From a bacterium (GTDB taxonomy: Bacteria; UBA8248; JACPRG01; G963555815), in NCBI GenBank assembly GCA_965261595.1, contig CBDHDG010000004.1:64001-128000 (forward strand): a stretch of 64,000 nucleotides of DNA, written 5' to 3'. The position numbers were made by a program, and so were the translations under genes. The notes beneath the pieces were generated by a model. It made no database searches. It was given only the letters and a program-made list of their open reading frames with translations, and was not told the origin of the DNA. Positions 31,669 to 42,839 of this stretch are shown piece by piece (the first letter of the stretch is position 1; every line of letters begins with the position of its first letter).

Positions 31669-34158
31669 GTGAGCGACCGTTACGACTTCGCGGCCATCGA
31701 GGCCAAGTGGCAGACCCGCTGGGTGCGGGATGACGCCTTCCGCGTCACCGAGGACGCCTCCCGCGAGAAGTTCTATCTGCTGGAGATGTTCCCGTATCCC
31801 TCGGGCCGCATCCACATGGGCCACGTGCGCAATTACACCATCGGAGACGTGGTCGCCCGGCAAAAACGGATGCGCGGCTTCAACGTCCTCCATCCCATCG
31901 GCTGGGACGCCTTCGGCCTGCCGGCCGAGAATGCCGCCATCCAGAACCAGGTGCATCCGGCGACCTGGACCCGGGAGAACATCGAGGCCATGAAGCGGCA
32001 GCTTCAGGGTCTCGGCCTGAGCTACGACTGGGGCCGCGAGCTGGCCACGTGTGAAGCGGATTATTACCGCTGGAACCAGTGGATCTTCCTGAAGATGTAC
32101 GAGCGTGGCTTGGCCTACCGCCGGAAAACGTTTGTCAACTGGTGCGAAAAATGCCGCACGACGCTGGCCAACGAACAGGTTGTGGGGGGGCTCTGCTGGC
32201 GGCACGAGACCCCTGTCCTTCAGAAGGAGATGGACGCCTGGTTCCTGCGGATCACCGACTATGCCGAAGAGCTCCTCGCCGGACTCGAACACCTCGAGGA
32301 AGGGTGGCCCGCGCGCGTTCTCACCATGCAGCGAAACTGGATCGGCCGCAGCGAGGGCGCCCGGATCGACTTCCCCATCGTCGGGGAGGATGAGCGTCTG
32401 TCGGTGTTCACCACGAGGCACGACACCGTCTACGGCGCCACGTTCATGGTTCTGGCCCCCGAGCACCCCCTGGTGAAACGTCTTTCGGCCGGATCCCCGC
32501 AGGAGAATGCCGTGCGGGATTTCTGCGAGAGGGTCCGGAATCAAGACACCCTCGTCAGGACCGGCGCGGTGGAGGAAAAGCTGGGCGTCTTCACCGGCCG
32601 GTTCGCCCTCAACCCGATGACGCGGGAGGAGATCCCGATCTGGACGGCCAACTTCGTCCTGATGGAGTACGGAACCGGGGCGGTCCAGGCGGTTCCCGCC
32701 CACGATCAGCGGGACCTGGAATTCGCCCGAAAATACGGCCTGGACGTCCGGATCGTCGTGCGGCCTCCGGGGGGGGAGGGGGGGGGCGCCGGATCGCTGG
32801 ATTCGGACGCCCTGACCGAGGCTTACGTCGAGGATGGGGTGAACGTGAACTCCGGCCCCTTCGACGGCCTGCCCACGCCCAAGGCCAAGGAGGCCATCGC
32901 CGATTACCTAGAGCAAAAGGGATTCGGCGGGCGCAAGGTCAACTACCGGCTCCGGGACTGGGGGGTTTCCCGCCAACGGTATTGGGGGACGCCCATTCCG
33001 ATGATCCATTGCGGGGCGTGCGGCGTGTCTCCCGTTGCCGAGGAGGACCTGCCGGTCAAGCTGCCCGAGGACATCGAATTCCACGTCGACGGAACCTCGC
33101 CCCTGACCGCTTTGAAATCTTTCTACGAGGTCCCGTGTCCCAAATGCCGGGGGAGCGCCCGGCGGGACACCGATACGATGGACACCTTTTTCGATTCTTC
33201 CTGGTATTTCTGCCGATACACGAGCCCTCGGGAATCCGCCGGCCCGTTCAACCGGGCGGCCGGCCGGTACTGGATGCAGGTTGATCAGTACATCGGCGGG
33301 ATAGAGCACGCGGTCATGCACCTGCTCTACGCCCGATTCTTCAGCATGGTGTTGCGCGATTTGGGATGGCTGGACCGGGCCGAGCCCTTCCGGAATCTGC
33401 TGACACAGGGGATGGTCATCAAGGACGGCCGGAAGATGTCCAAGTCCTACGGCAACGTCGTGGACCCGGACGCCATCATCGAAAAAAACGGTGCGGACAC
33501 CGCCCGCCTGTTCATGCTGTTCGCCGCGCCGCCGGAGAAGGAGCTGGAATGGAGCGATTCGGGCGTGGAGGGATGCCACCGGTTCCTGAACCGCGTCTGG
33601 CGCCTGGTGAGCGCGCATGCGGAGAAGGTGCGGGATCTCGACGCCTCGCCCGGAGATTCGCTGACGCCGGCCGAGCGGGACGTTCGGAAGAAGGTCCACC
33701 AGACCATCCGCAAAGTGACTGAAGACATCGAGGAGCGGTTCCGGTTCAACACGGCCATCGCCGCCATCATGGAGCTGGTCAACACCCTCCAGGCGGCTTC
33801 GCCGGATAAGATGTCGGGGGCGGTCTTGAAAGAGGCCCTTCAGGCCGTCGTGGTCCTGCTCTATCCTTTCGCGCCGCATCTCGCGGAAGATCTCTGGAGG
33901 GAGCTGGGACGCGAGACGGATCTGGCGGAGCATTCTTGGCCGGGCTTCGACGCCGGGATTGCAGCCGAGGAGGTTTGGACCATCGTTGTTCAGGTGAACG
34001 GCAAAGTCCGGAGCCGGATTGACTTTCCCGCCTCGACCGATGAGGAGAAGATCCGCGCCCGGGCGCTCGATGATGAGCGGATACGGGGCTGGATTGACGG
34101 AAAAGAGGTCCGGCGGGTGATCGTCGTACCGGGGAAACTGGTCAATGTGGTTGTGTAA
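31669..34158 (+). CDS. leuS: Leucine--tRNA ligase
   Basis: [40 protein letters not shown]. Confidence 0.97.
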   Translation: MSDRYDFAAIEAKWQTRWVRDDAFRVTEDASREKFYLLEMFPYPSGRIHMGHVRNYTIGDVVARQKRMRGFNVLHPIGWDAFGLPAENAAIQNQVHPATWTRENIEAMKRQLQGLGLSYDWGRELATCEADYYRWNQWIFLKMYERGLAYRRKTFVNWCEKCRTTLANEQVVGGLCWRHETPVLQKEMDAWFLRITDYAEELLAGLEHLEEGWPARVLTMQRNWIGRSEGARIDFPIVGEDERLSVFTTRHDTVYGATFMVLAPEHPLVKRLSAGSPQENAVRDFCERVRNQDTLVRTGAVEEKLGVFTGRFALNPMTREEIPIWTANFVLMEYGTGAVQAVPAHDQRDLEFARKYGLDVRIVVRPPGGEGGGAGSLDSDALTEAYVEDGVNVNSGPFDGLPTPKAKEAIADYLEQKGFGGRKVNYRLRDWGVSRQRYWGTPIPMIHCGACGVSPVAEEDLPVKLPEDIEFHVDGTSPLTALKSFYEVPCPKCRGSARRDTDTMDTFFDSSWYFCRYTSPRESAGPFNRAAGRYWMQVDQYIGGIEHAVMHLLYARFFSMVLRDLGWLDRAEPFRNLLTQGMVIKDGRKMSKSYGNVVDPDAIIEKNGADTARLFMLFAAPPEKELEWSDSGVEGCHRFLNRVWRLVSAHAEKVRDLDASPGDSLTPAERDVRKKVHQTIRKVTEDIEERFRFNTAIAAIMELVNTLQAASPDKMSGAVLKEALQAVVVLLYPFAPHLAEDLWRELGRETDLAEHSWPGFDAGIAAEEVWTIVVQVNGKVRSRIDFPASTDEEKIRARALDDERIRGWIDGKEVRRVIVVPGKLVNVVV

Positions 34159-34681
34159 ATCGACATGCGCGCGGCTCGGGCTCCTCGCGGCCGGACTGGT
34201 TCTGTCGCTTTCGGCCTGCGGCTACCACCTTCAGGGAACGGGGGGGTCCTCCCTTCCTCCGAACATCAAGAAAATCCACGTCCCCATCTTCACCAACAAC
34301 ACCCTGGAGCAGGGGATCGAGGTCCGCGTCACCGACTCGGTGCGCAACGCTCTCCTCAACGACGGGCGCGTATCTCTGGCCAATGGAATCGCCGACGCCG
34401 ACGCCGTGCTGGAAGGGCGGATCATCCAATACCGCCTTCGCGCCATCGCGTTCAGCACGACCGACCGCGCACAGGAGTTTCGCCTTCGCCTGACGATGAA
34501 GGTCTCGTTGCGAGAGCTGGAAAGCAACAAAGTCATCTTCGACCAAACGATCGTCTCGGACCGGGAATACCGCGTCACCACGGACCTGAGCTCCAACGAG
34601 CGCGCGCAGACCCAGGCGTCGCAGCAGGCCTCCGAAGCCATCGCCCGCGAGCTGCAAAGCCTCCTGATCGAAGGCTTTTAG
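34145..34681 (+). CDS. lptE: LPS assembly lipoprotein LptE
   Basis: Lipobox LSAC-GY; conserved leuS-lptE-holA order. Confidence 0.85.
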   Translation: MWLCKSTCARLGLLAAGLVLSLSACGYHLQGTGGSSLPPNIKKIHVPIFTNNTLEQGIEVRVTDSVRNALLNDGRVSLANGIADADAVLEGRIIQYRLRAIAFSTTDRAQEFRLRLTMKVSLRELESNKVIFDQTIVSDREYRVTTDLSSNERAQTQASQQASEAIARELQSLLIEGF

Positions 34682-34683
34682 GT

Positions 34684-35790
34684 TTGGCCGCTTCCCCCGA
34701 CGCTGTTTTCAGCGCGACCTTGAAGGCCCTTGCGTCGGGGTCGGTGGCGCCCGTTTACCTCCTGTACGGGGAAGAGGATTACTTGCAGGAAGAATTCCGG
34801 CGGCGGATTCTGAGGCTCCTTCCCGACCCGGCGGCGGCCGATTTCAGTTGCGAAAGGCTCGATGCCGAGACGTGCTCCCCCGAGGACGTCCGCAACGCTG
34901 TCGAGACCCTTCCTTTTCTGGGGGGGCGGAAGTTCGTCATCGTGAGGCGGGCGGAGCTCCTCGAGACCGGGGTCGAAGCGCTCGCGCCCTGCCTGGAAGA
35001 CCCGCCCGTGTCGGCCTGCCTGGTGCTTTTGGCCGGATCGCTGAAGGCGTCCGCCAAGCTTCTCAAGGCGGTCCGCAAACGCGGCGTCACCGTTCCCACC
35101 AACATATTGAAGGGCCGGTCTCTGATGACCGCGGTGAAAGGGATGGCGTCGCGCCGGGGCTTGAAGCTGGAGGGAGAGGCGCTTTCCCTGGTGGTGGAGA
35201 GAAGCGGCGGATCGCTTTGGCGCGTGGCCTCGGAGTTGGAGAAGCTCGCCCTGCATGTGGACGCGCAACCGCCGGCCGGAGAGAAGGCGGCGGAGATATC
35301 CCTGGAGGTGGTGATCGAGGTGGTGGACGATGGTCGGACGGAAAACCTGTTCGATCTCACCGACGCTTTGGGCGCGCGCGACGCCGCCAAGGCCCTCGAT
35401 GCGCTCCAGCGGCTTCTCCGGCGCCAGCACGCGGCGACCGTTCTGGTCTCGGTGATGGCCCGGCACCTCGTCCGGCTCCTGGAAGTGAGGGCGCTTCTCG
35501 ACGCGGGCGCCTCCGCCGCGTCCGTTCCCAAGCGGATGGGCGGAAGCCCGTACTATATCCGGAAGTTGACGGAGCAGGCGCAACGATTTTCCGACGCCGA
35601 GCTTCGAAGCGCCCTTGCGGGGTTGCAGCGCGCGGACATTCAACTCCGGGGAAGCGGTTATCCGGACAGAATTCTGCTGGAAAGACTCGTGATAGACCTA
35701 TGTCGATTGCGCAACGGAGGGGGGAGAGAAAAGGGCGGGCTTAGGAGGCGGCCGGTTTCTCGTGTTGGAGGGCGTGCACCCGCCGGCTGA
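34684..35790 (+). CDS. holA: DNA polymerase III delta subunit
   Basis: PVYLLYGEE, TLPFLG, ELEKL, FDLTDAL; synteny. Confidence 0.9.
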   Translation: MAASPDAVFSATLKALASGSVAPVYLLYGEEDYLQEEFRRRILRLLPDPAAADFSCERLDAETCSPEDVRNAVETLPFLGGRKFVIVRRAELLETGVEALAPCLEDPPVSACLVLLAGSLKASAKLLKAVRKRGVTVPTNILKGRSLMTAVKGMASRRGLKLEGEALSLVVERSGGSLWRVASELEKLALHVDAQPPAGEKAAEISLEVVIEVVDDGRTENLFDLTDALGARDAAKALDALQRLLRRQHAATVLVSVMARHLVRLLEVRALLDAGASAASVPKRMGGSPYYIRKLTEQAQRFSDAELRSALAGLQRADIQLRGSGYPDRILLERLVIDLCRLRNGGGREKGGLRRRPVSRVGGRAPAG

Positions 35791-36025
35791 GCCGGGAAAT
35801 CTTGCGCGAGGCGGTGCGCGAGTGAATGACGCCCTTGGACGAGGTCCGGTCGATGGTCCGGATGGCATGTTCCAGGGCTTCTTTCGAGGCCTGCGCGTCG
35901 CCCAGATCGAGGGCCGCGTGGACCCGCTTGACCGCCGTCCGGTATCGGGTCCGGACGGACTGATTCCGAATCCTGCGCTTTTCGTTTTGACGAGCGGCTT
36001 TTAAGACCGACTTGCTTCGGGGCAC
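35741..36025 (-). CDS. rpsT: 30S ribosomal protein S20
   Basis: KS..K..RQNEKRR.RN, IDR..SKGVIH...ASRK.SRL. Confidence 0.95.
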   Translation of the reverse strand: MPRSKSVLKAARQNEKRRIRNQSVRTRYRTAVKRVHAALDLGDAQASKEALEHAIRTIDRTSSKGVIHSRTASRKISRLSRRVHALQHEKPAAS

Positions 36026-36071
36026 TGAAAAATCTCCAAGACCAATATTCTAAAACCTCATACCAGCACCA

Positions 36072-36099
36072 AATATAGAGGTTTCGCGGCCGTTGTCAA
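36072..36099 (-). promoter_or_regulatory. sigma70-type promoter for rpsT
   Basis: Minus strand TTGACA, 16 bp, TATATT, about 47 bp upstream of the rpsT start. Confidence 0.55.
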
Positions 36100-36197
36100 G
36101 GCTTGGACCCCTTGTGCTTTTCGCCGGGGGGGGCGCGATTTGGCGTTGATCCTACATTTCGGCGGGCCGGCGCGCGGGGCGTCCCGGGCGATCAGGA

Positions 36198-37868
36198 TTG
36201 GCTGCTCCGGCTGATATGTCCTCCGACCCCCATTCCGGCAATGCCGCTCCGGACGAGGCGCAAAAGCTGAATCGAGGCGCGCGGTTGGCCCGCTCCGCCG
36301 GCGTCGTCAGCGCGGCCACGCTGACGAGCCGGATCTTCGGGTTCATCCGGGACATGATTGTGGCCAACGCCTTCGGGGCCGGCTTCACCGCCGACGCCTT
36401 CTACGTAGCGTTCGGCATTCCGAACATCCTGCGCGTCTTCTTTGCGGAAGGGGCCCTGTCCGCGGCCTTCATCCCCGTATTCACCAAGGAGCGGGCGGCC
36501 GGGGGGGACGAGGCCGCGCGCCGCTTGAGCGGGGCCTTTTGGGTAACGCTTGCCTTGGTCCTGGCTGTCGTCACCGTCATTGGCATTCTGGCGGCCCCCT
36601 ACCTGGTGAAGGTCCTCGTGCCCGGGTTCGCCCAGAACGCCGCCAAGTATGCCCTGACGGTGCGCCTGACGCGGATCATGTTTCCGTTTCTCTTTTTCAT
36701 CGGCCTGGCGGCCATCGCCGCGGGCATTCTGAACACCCTCGGTCATTTTCTGACGCCCGCCCTGACGCCGGTTTTCTTCAATTTCAGCATGATCGCCTGC
36801 GCCTTGTGGCTGGCGCCCGTTCTGGAGCCCGCGGCGGCCGGATTGGCCTGGGGCGTGGTCATCGGCGGGGCGGTCCAGCTCATTGTTCTATTGAGACCCC
36901 TGCACAAGCGAAGGCAGCTTCCGAAGCTGCGCTGGGAGCCGGGGCATCCGGGCTCGCGGCGGATCGCGCGGCTGATGGTTCCGGCCATCTTCGGGTTTTC
37001 CATCGCCCAGATCAGCACCCTGGTGGACCGTATGCTGGCGTCTTTTCTGCCGGAGGGAAGCATCTCGTTTCTCTACTACGCGAACCGGCTTCTTCAATTC
37101 CCGTTGGGCATCTTCGGAATCGCTTTGAGCATTGCAATCTTCCCGGCCCTCGCCGCGCACGCCGCCAAGAAGGAGTCGGGTGAATTTTTGGAAATCCTGG
37201 GGGCCGGGCTGCGCCTGGTCCTGTTCGTCTGTCTGCCGTCCGCGGTGGGCTTGGCGATTCTGGCGAGTCCGATCATTCAGGTCTTGTTCGAGCGCGGCGC
37301 GTTTACCGCCGCGGACACCGCCATGACGGCCAAGGCCGCCCTTGCGTACGCCGCGGGGCTGGTGGCGTACGCGGGCGTGAAGATCGTCGTTTCGGCGTTC
37401 TATTCGCTGCAGGACACGCGCACGCCCGTGAAGATTGCCGCCCTGGTCCTCGCGGCCAACGTGGTCCTGAACGTGATCCTCATGGTCCCGTTGAAGCACG
37501 CGGGTCTCGCCCTGGCCGGGGCCCTTTGCGCGTTCCTGAACGTCGGATTGTTGCTGCGCGCCCTTCACCGCAGGCTGGGGGGCCTGGGAGGGCGCGCCAT
37601 CGCAAGGTCTTTCTATCGGATTCTGCCGCCCACCGCGCTGATGGCCGTTATTGTGTACGGTGCGAAACAGCAGCTCTACGCCCCGGCCGGGTCGGTCGCC
37701 GGGCGGGTTTCCGCCCTGGCGGCCTGCCTGTTGTTGGGGGCGGCGGTTTATCTCCTGGCGGCGAAGGTGACGGGCTGCCGGGAGCTTTCGCTTCTGCGCG
37801 AGAGCCTGAGAAGCCGTCAGGCGGGGGGGGGAGGGAAGGCCCTGCCGACCGACTCGACTCCGGAGTGA
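36198..37868 (+). CDS. murJ: Lipid II flippase MurJ
   Basis: SRIFGFIRD, DAFYVAF.IPN..R..FAEGA, YYANRLLQFPLGIF, FERGAF, DTRTPV. Confidence 0.95.
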   Translation: MAAPADMSSDPHSGNAAPDEAQKLNRGARLARSAGVVSAATLTSRIFGFIRDMIVANAFGAGFTADAFYVAFGIPNILRVFFAEGALSAAFIPVFTKERAAGGDEAARRLSGAFWVTLALVLAVVTVIGILAAPYLVKVLVPGFAQNAAKYALTVRLTRIMFPFLFFIGLAAIAAGILNTLGHFLTPALTPVFFNFSMIACALWLAPVLEPAAAGLAWGVVIGGAVQLIVLLRPLHKRRQLPKLRWEPGHPGSRRIARLMVPAIFGFSIAQISTLVDRMLASFLPEGSISFLYYANRLLQFPLGIFGIALSIAIFPALAAHAAKKESGEFLEILGAGLRLVLFVCLPSAVGLAILASPIIQVLFERGAFTAADTAMTAKAALAYAAGLVAYAGVKIVVSAFYSLQDTRTPVKIAALVLAANVVLNVILMVPLKHAGLALAGALCAFLNVGLLLRALHRRLGGLGGRAIARSFYRILPPTALMAVIVYGAKQQLYAPAGSVAGRVSALAACLLLGAAVYLLAAKVTGCRELSLLRESLRSRQAGGGGKALPTDSTPE

Positions 37869-37897
37869 GACGAGGATCCTTGACGGGTGTGTGAGGC

Positions 37898-38833
37898 ATG
37901 ACCGATTTCGACTTTCCGCAGCGCTATCTGGATTACCTGGCTGCGGAGCGCAGGCTCTCGGAGAACACCCTTCAGGCGTACCGCCGGGATTTGAGGGGGT
38001 TTTTGGCCATGGCCGCCAGACCGCTCGACGGACTGACCCGGGAGGACATCATCGACTTCCTGGAGGCGCTTCGCTCGGCTGGGAATTCTCCCCGAACGAT
38101 CCGCAGAAAACTATCCACGATCCGGGGTTTTTGCCGCTTCCTGCATTCCGAGGGTGGAATGGCGGAAGATCCCTGCCTGGACATCGAGACCCCCGCGGCG
38201 GGCCGTCCCTTGCCGAAATTTCTTTCCGTCGCGGAGGTGGATCGGCTGCTGGCGCAGCCGGACCCCACGTCAATCCTGGGTTGCAGGGACGCGGCCATGC
38301 TGGAGACGCTTTATGCGACGGGCCTGCGCGTGTCCGAGCTCGTGGGCCTTCTCCTCTCCCGCGTGAACCTGGATGTCGGGTTTGTCACAACCCTGGGGAA
38401 GGGAAACAAGGAGCGCGTCGTCCCGTTGGGCGAGGAAGCCAACGAAAAGGTGAAGCGCTATATTGATTGGGCGAGAGAGCAACTCCTTCAAAGACGGACC
38501 CGGCCGCGGGGGAAGGGGGGAGGGAGAGGGGGGGGGAGAGAAATGTCCGAGCCTGAAGAGAAGATATTCCTGAACCGGAACGGTGTTCCGATATCCCGGG
38601 TGGGATTCTGGAAGGTTTTGAAAGGGTACGCCCTGAGGGCGGGCATCCAAAGCGATGTCAGCCCGCACATCCTGCGCCACTCCTTTGCGACCCACCTCGT
38701 GTCGCACGGGGCCGATCTCCGGTCGGTTCAGATGATGCTGGGACACGCGGACATATCCACCACCCAGATTTATACGCACGTCACGCGGGAAAGACTTAAA
38801 GTGATGATTAAAGAACATCATCCAAGAGGTTGA
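37898..38833 (+). CDS. xerD: Tyrosine recombinase XerD
   Basis: YRRDL, LYATGLRVSEL, GKGNKER, PHILRHSFATH, LGHADISTTQIYT, HHPR. Confidence 0.92.
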   Translation: MTDFDFPQRYLDYLAAERRLSENTLQAYRRDLRGFLAMAARPLDGLTREDIIDFLEALRSAGNSPRTIRRKLSTIRGFCRFLHSEGGMAEDPCLDIETPAAGRPLPKFLSVAEVDRLLAQPDPTSILGCRDAAMLETLYATGLRVSELVGLLLSRVNLDVGFVTTLGKGNKERVVPLGEEANEKVKRYIDWAREQLLQRRTRPRGKGGGRGGGREMSEPEEKIFLNRNGVPISRVGFWKVLKGYALRAGIQSDVSPHILRHSFATHLVSHGADLRSVQMMLGHADISTTQIYTHVTRERLKVMIKEHHPRG

Positions 38834-38982
38834 TAATGAATGGATTATATTAATTATTAATATATGATAACCCTCTGGGTCCTCAGGGGGCGCGTCACGG
38901 CGGATATCCGGTTTGCGAGGGTTGAATCTCTCTGATATGGTGAGCTTGTCCCCTGGGTTGATGGGGGCGCGGGAGGGATATA

Positions 38983-40011
38983 TTGGAGGAAACGGTCACC
39001 GGGAAAATCCGCCTGGTCGATCCCGCAAGGGTCAGGGATCTGTTCGGCATTCACGATGAGCACCTGCGGAAACTGGAGAAGATTTTCGAGGTGCGGCTCG
39101 TTGTGGAGGACGGAGAGATCGAGGTCCGGGGCGGGGCCGGCCCGGTTGCTTCGGTGGAGCGGCTTTTGTCGGCCCTTCAGGCCGTCATGAGCGAAGGCTA
39201 CGATCTCTCCTCTCAGGATTTTCAGGTGATCGCCCGAGCCTACCGACAAGACGACGAGCTCGATCTGAAGAACCTGTTCGCGTCGCAGATCCGGACGGAG
39301 GGAAAGCGCCGGTTCGTCATTCCCAAGACCGTGGTGCAGCGGAGATACGTCGAGGCCATTCGCCGGCGCGACGTGGTGGTGAGCATCGGCCCGGCGGGGA
39401 CGGGGAAGACCTACTTGGCCGTCGCCCTGGCCGTGGAGGGGCTCCTGCAAAAATCATACAGCCGGATCCTCCTGACCCGGCCGGCGGTCGAGGCGGGGGA
39501 GCGCTTGGGATTTCTCCCGGGCGACATCGCGGAGAAGATCCACCCCTTCCTGCGGCCCCTGTATGACGCGCTCAACGAAATGATGGACAGTGAAAGGGTC
39601 CAGCATCTCATCGAGCGGGGGACGATTGAGATCGCGCCGTTGGCCTACATGCGCGGGCGGACCCTCAATGACGCCTTCATCATTATGGACGAGGCCCAGA
39701 ATTCAACGCCCGAACAGATGAAGATGTTTTTGACACGGCTGGGATTCGGCTCCAAATCCGTGATCACGGGGGATATCACGCAGGTCGATCTCCCCGGGGA
39801 AAAGGGATCCGGACTCATTCAAATCCAAGAGGTCTTGAAGGGAGTCGATGACATCGAGTTTGTTTATTTCACCGAGAAAGACGTTGTCCGCCACCCCCTG
39901 GTCCAGGAAATCATCAAAGCCTACGAACAGTACGGGAAGCGGTCTTCCGGCGATCGCCGGCTGCTAATCGGGTTGACAGGGGACGAGAGCGATGGCCAAG
40001 GCCAACGGTGA
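38983..40011 (+). CDS. phoH: PhoH-family ATPase
   Basis: GPAGTGKTY, RPAVEAGERLGFLPG, LAYMRGRT, DEAQN, VVRH.LV. Confidence 0.93.
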   Translation: MEETVTGKIRLVDPARVRDLFGIHDEHLRKLEKIFEVRLVVEDGEIEVRGGAGPVASVERLLSALQAVMSEGYDLSSQDFQVIARAYRQDDELDLKNLFASQIRTEGKRRFVIPKTVVQRRYVEAIRRRDVVVSIGPAGTGKTYLAVALAVEGLLQKSYSRILLTRPAVEAGERLGFLPGDIAEKIHPFLRPLYDALNEMMDSERVQHLIERGTIEIAPLAYMRGRTLNDAFIIMDEAQNSTPEQMKMFLTRLGFGSKSVITGDITQVDLPGEKGSGLIQIQEVLKGVDDIEFVYFTEKDVVRHPLVQEIIKAYEQYGKRSSGDRRLLIGLTGDESDGQGQR

Positions 40012-42433
40012 GTCCCTGAAGCGGTCGTTATCGACCCGAAAAACCCCACCCGGCATGAGCGACCCGGTGATTCAGTGGGGCGTCGCGATCGGGTTGCTCA
40101 TTGCTCTGACCTTCCTGCTCATCCCGCGCGGGACGCTCCCTTCCAAGCAGCTCGACGCCGGAGACATCGTCCCCCGGGATATCAAGGCGGCCAATGACAT
40201 TCTGGTGGAGGATGTCGAATCCACCGCCAAGATCAAGGAAAAGGCCGCCGAGACCGTCCGCGAGGTCTTCGACCTCGACCCGAAACTGTCCGAGGCGATC
40301 TCCAAGCGGGTCTTGACGGAATTCGAGAAAGTCCGGAAAGGCTACGAGACGCATGCCGCCGAAGCCGCGTCCCGGCGGCCCGCGAAGCGGAAAGGGCAAT
40401 CCGGAGCGGATGCCCGGTTCGAGGAGACGCAGGCCTTCAAGACCCTTGAAGCCGGTTTTTTCGCGGCGCTGAGAATCCAGTCGGCCCCCAATCTTCTGCG
40501 CGTCCTTCGCGAGAGGCGGTACGACCCGGCATTGGCCCGGGACGTGGTAGTCCTGTTGCGCAAGGCGATGGCGCCGGGCGTGGCCGGCAACAGAAAGATC
40601 CTGGACTCTCAATCGGGCAAGGGCATCTCCATTCAGGTGGTCGGGGGAAAGGGGCTCCGGGAGGAGGTCAAGGACCTTCAACGTTTTCAGGACCTCGAGT
40701 CGGCCGCCAAAGGCCTTCCGGCGCTGGCGGAGGAATCGGGGGTCGGAAAGAACGCGCGGGAGCGCCGAGCCCTCGCGGTCCTGGCCGCGAGCCTCCTCGA
40801 GCCCAACCTGACGGTGAACAAGCAGGCGACGGAAAGCCTCCGGACCAAGGCCCGCGAGGCGGCCAAGCCGGTCTTTTTCAACATCAAGAAGGGAGAGATG
40901 ATCGCCCGGGAGGGCGAGCGAATCTCTCCCCAGCAGGTGATCAAGCTCCAGGGCCTGACCGCCCGGCGGGAAAAGCGCGGATTTGCGGGGAACGTCCTGG
41001 GAATCGCCATGCTGATCGCCGTCGCCCTGGCCTTGGCCGCGATCTATCTTCATCGGTTCAAAGCGAAACTGATGCGGTCTCCGCAAAAGGTCGTCCTGAT
41101 GGTGGTCATTCTGCTGGGGACAATCATCATCATCCAGGTTTTTATGCAAGTGGGATTGATGTTCTCCGAGGCGATGGGCTACGGGGACGCCATCAGTTAT
41201 TACTACGCCATTCCCTTCGCCACGGGCGCGATGCTGGGGGCGATCCTCCTGGACCTGGAGGTTGCCCTGTTGTTCTCCGCCCTCACGGCTTTTCTCGCGG
41301 GGCTTGTTCTGCCGCAGACCTTCGGTCTGCCCTTGACCGCGCTGGTCGGGGGGGTGGTGGCGAGCTTCCGCGTCAACCACTACCGGCGGCGCTCGAGCAT
41401 TCTGCTGACGGCGCTCTTCGTCGGCCTGGCCAACGCGGCGGTGATTGTTCCCCTCCATTTGATCGAAGGCAGGCTGTTTTCGGCCGAGGGCGGGTTTGCG
41501 GTCCTGATGGGGATCGCGGGCGGGGCCGTCACGGGGATTGTCGTGTCGGCGATCCTGCCGCTCTTGGAATCGATGTTCAACATCGCCTCGGACATCAAGC
41601 TCCTCGAGTTGGGGGACCTGGACCATCCGCTGATGCGCCAGCTCGTGATGAGGGCCCCGGGGACCTATCACCACAGCATCATGGTCAGCAGTCTGGCGGA
41701 AGAAGCGGCGGAGAAGATCGGGGCGAACCCGCTCCTGGTTCGAGTGGGCGCCTATTACCACGACATTGGAAAGATTCGAAAACGCGAGTATTTCATCGAA
41801 AACCAGACGGGGCCCGAGAATAAACACGACCCCCTGGCCCCGCGGATGAGCGCGCTGATCCTGATTTCCCACGTCAAGGACGGCGTCCTGCTGGGCCGTA
41901 AGCACAAACTGCCCGAGCAGATCATCGACTTTATCCCCGAACACCACGGGACGAGCCTGATCAGTTACTTTTACAACAAGGCCAAGGAGAGGGAGGACGC
42001 CTCGCAACAGGCGGTCAATGAGGCCGACTTCCGTTATCCGGGTCCGAAACCCCAGAGCCGGGAGGCCGGAATCCTCTTGCTGGCTGATGCGGTGGAGGCC
42101 GCGTCGCGATCGTTGCAGGACCCGACGCCGGCTCGGATTCAGAACATGGTCCGAAGCAACGTGACCCGGATTTTCGCGGAAGCCCAGCTTGATGACTGCG
42201 AGTTGACCCTGCGGGGTTTGAATCTCATCTCCAACGCCTTCGTCCGGATCCTGACGGGAATCTTCCACCACCGCATCGGTTATCCCCAGGCGGAATCGCA
42301 GGGCCAGCTCGAGATGGAGGCATTTTTCGATGCCGATATCGCTGAAGAACAGCCAGCGGACGGCGGGGATCGACCGCGCGTGGATCGTGCGGCGAGCCCG
42401 GAGGTTGCTGAAGCTTCTGGGCTGTCCAACTGA
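39992..42433 (+). CDS. 7TM-HD (HDIG) membrane phosphohydrolase, PgpH-like
   Basis: Large extracytoplasmic domain, TM cluster, APGTYHHS, YYHDIGK, EHHGT, FRYPGP.P; phoH-HD-ybeY synteny. Confidence 0.9.
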   Translation: MAKANGESLKRSLSTRKTPPGMSDPVIQWGVAIGLLIALTFLLIPRGTLPSKQLDAGDIVPRDIKAANDILVEDVESTAKIKEKAAETVREVFDLDPKLSEAISKRVLTEFEKVRKGYETHAAEAASRRPAKRKGQSGADARFEETQAFKTLEAGFFAALRIQSAPNLLRVLRERRYDPALARDVVVLLRKAMAPGVAGNRKILDSQSGKGISIQVVGGKGLREEVKDLQRFQDLESAAKGLPALAEESGVGKNARERRALAVLAASLLEPNLTVNKQATESLRTKAREAAKPVFFNIKKGEMIAREGERISPQQVIKLQGLTARREKRGFAGNVLGIAMLIAVALALAAIYLHRFKAKLMRSPQKVVLMVVILLGTIIIIQVFMQVGLMFSEAMGYGDAISYYYAIPFATGAMLGAILLDLEVALLFSALTAFLAGLVLPQTFGLPLTALVGGVVASFRVNHYRRRSSILLTALFVGLANAAVIVPLHLIEGRLFSAEGGFAVLMGIAGGAVTGIVVSAILPLLESMFNIASDIKLLELGDLDHPLMRQLVMRAPGTYHHSIMVSSLAEEAAEKIGANPLLVRVGAYYHDIGKIRKREYFIENQTGPENKHDPLAPRMSALILISHVKDGVLLGRKHKLPEQIIDFIPEHHGTSLISYFYNKAKEREDASQQAVNEADFRYPGPKPQSREAGILLLADAVEAASRSLQDPTPARIQNMVRSNVTRIFAEAQLDDCELTLRGLNLISNAFVRILTGIFHHRIGYPQAESQGQLEMEAFFDADIAEEQPADGGDRPRVDRAASPEVAEASGLSN

Positions 42434-42839
42434 GGAGCTCAGCGTCCTTCTGGTCGATGACGGCGAGATGTCCCGCCTCAACCAACGCCACCGGGGAGAC
42501 GGCCGACCCACCGATGTGTTGGCCTTTCCCATGCGGGAGGGCGCATTCTCCGACCTTTCGACCGGGTTGCTCGGGGACGTCGTTATCTCGGTGGAGACCG
42601 CGAGGAGCCGGGTCCGGTCGGATCCATCGCCCGGGGGGGAGGGGGGGGCTCCGCAAGCGGTCTGTAAAGGGGACCCTTTGGGAAAGGAAGTTCTCCAGTT
42701 GCTCATCCACGGGACGCTTCACTTGGTCGGTCACAATCATCAGACGCCGGGACAGACGCGGAGGATGAGGGCCGAGGAGCGGCGGTTGATCGGGCCCCTG
42801 TGGCCCGAAGACCCCCCGCGCGGGAAGGAAACGGCTTGA
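42330..42839 (+). CDS. ybeY: rRNA maturation endoribonuclease YbeY
   Basis: PTDVLAF, LGDVVIS, HGTLHLVGHNH. Confidence 0.93.
   Translation: MPISLKNSQRTAGIDRAWIVRRARRLLKLLGCPTEELSVLLVDDGEMSRLNQRHRGDGRPTDVLAFPMREGAFSDLSTGLLGDVVISVETARSRVRSDPSPGGEGGAPQAVCKGDPLGKEVLQLLIHGTLHLVGHNHQTPGQTRRMRAEERRLIGPLWPEDPPRGKETA

Noticed and set aside
37898..38833. Phage or island integrase
   Set aside because: Motifs and housekeeping context match chromosomal XerD; no phage genes nearby.
40028..42706. 892-aa antisense ORF
   Set aside because: Mirror of the 7TM-HD/ybeY genes; no independent coding evidence.
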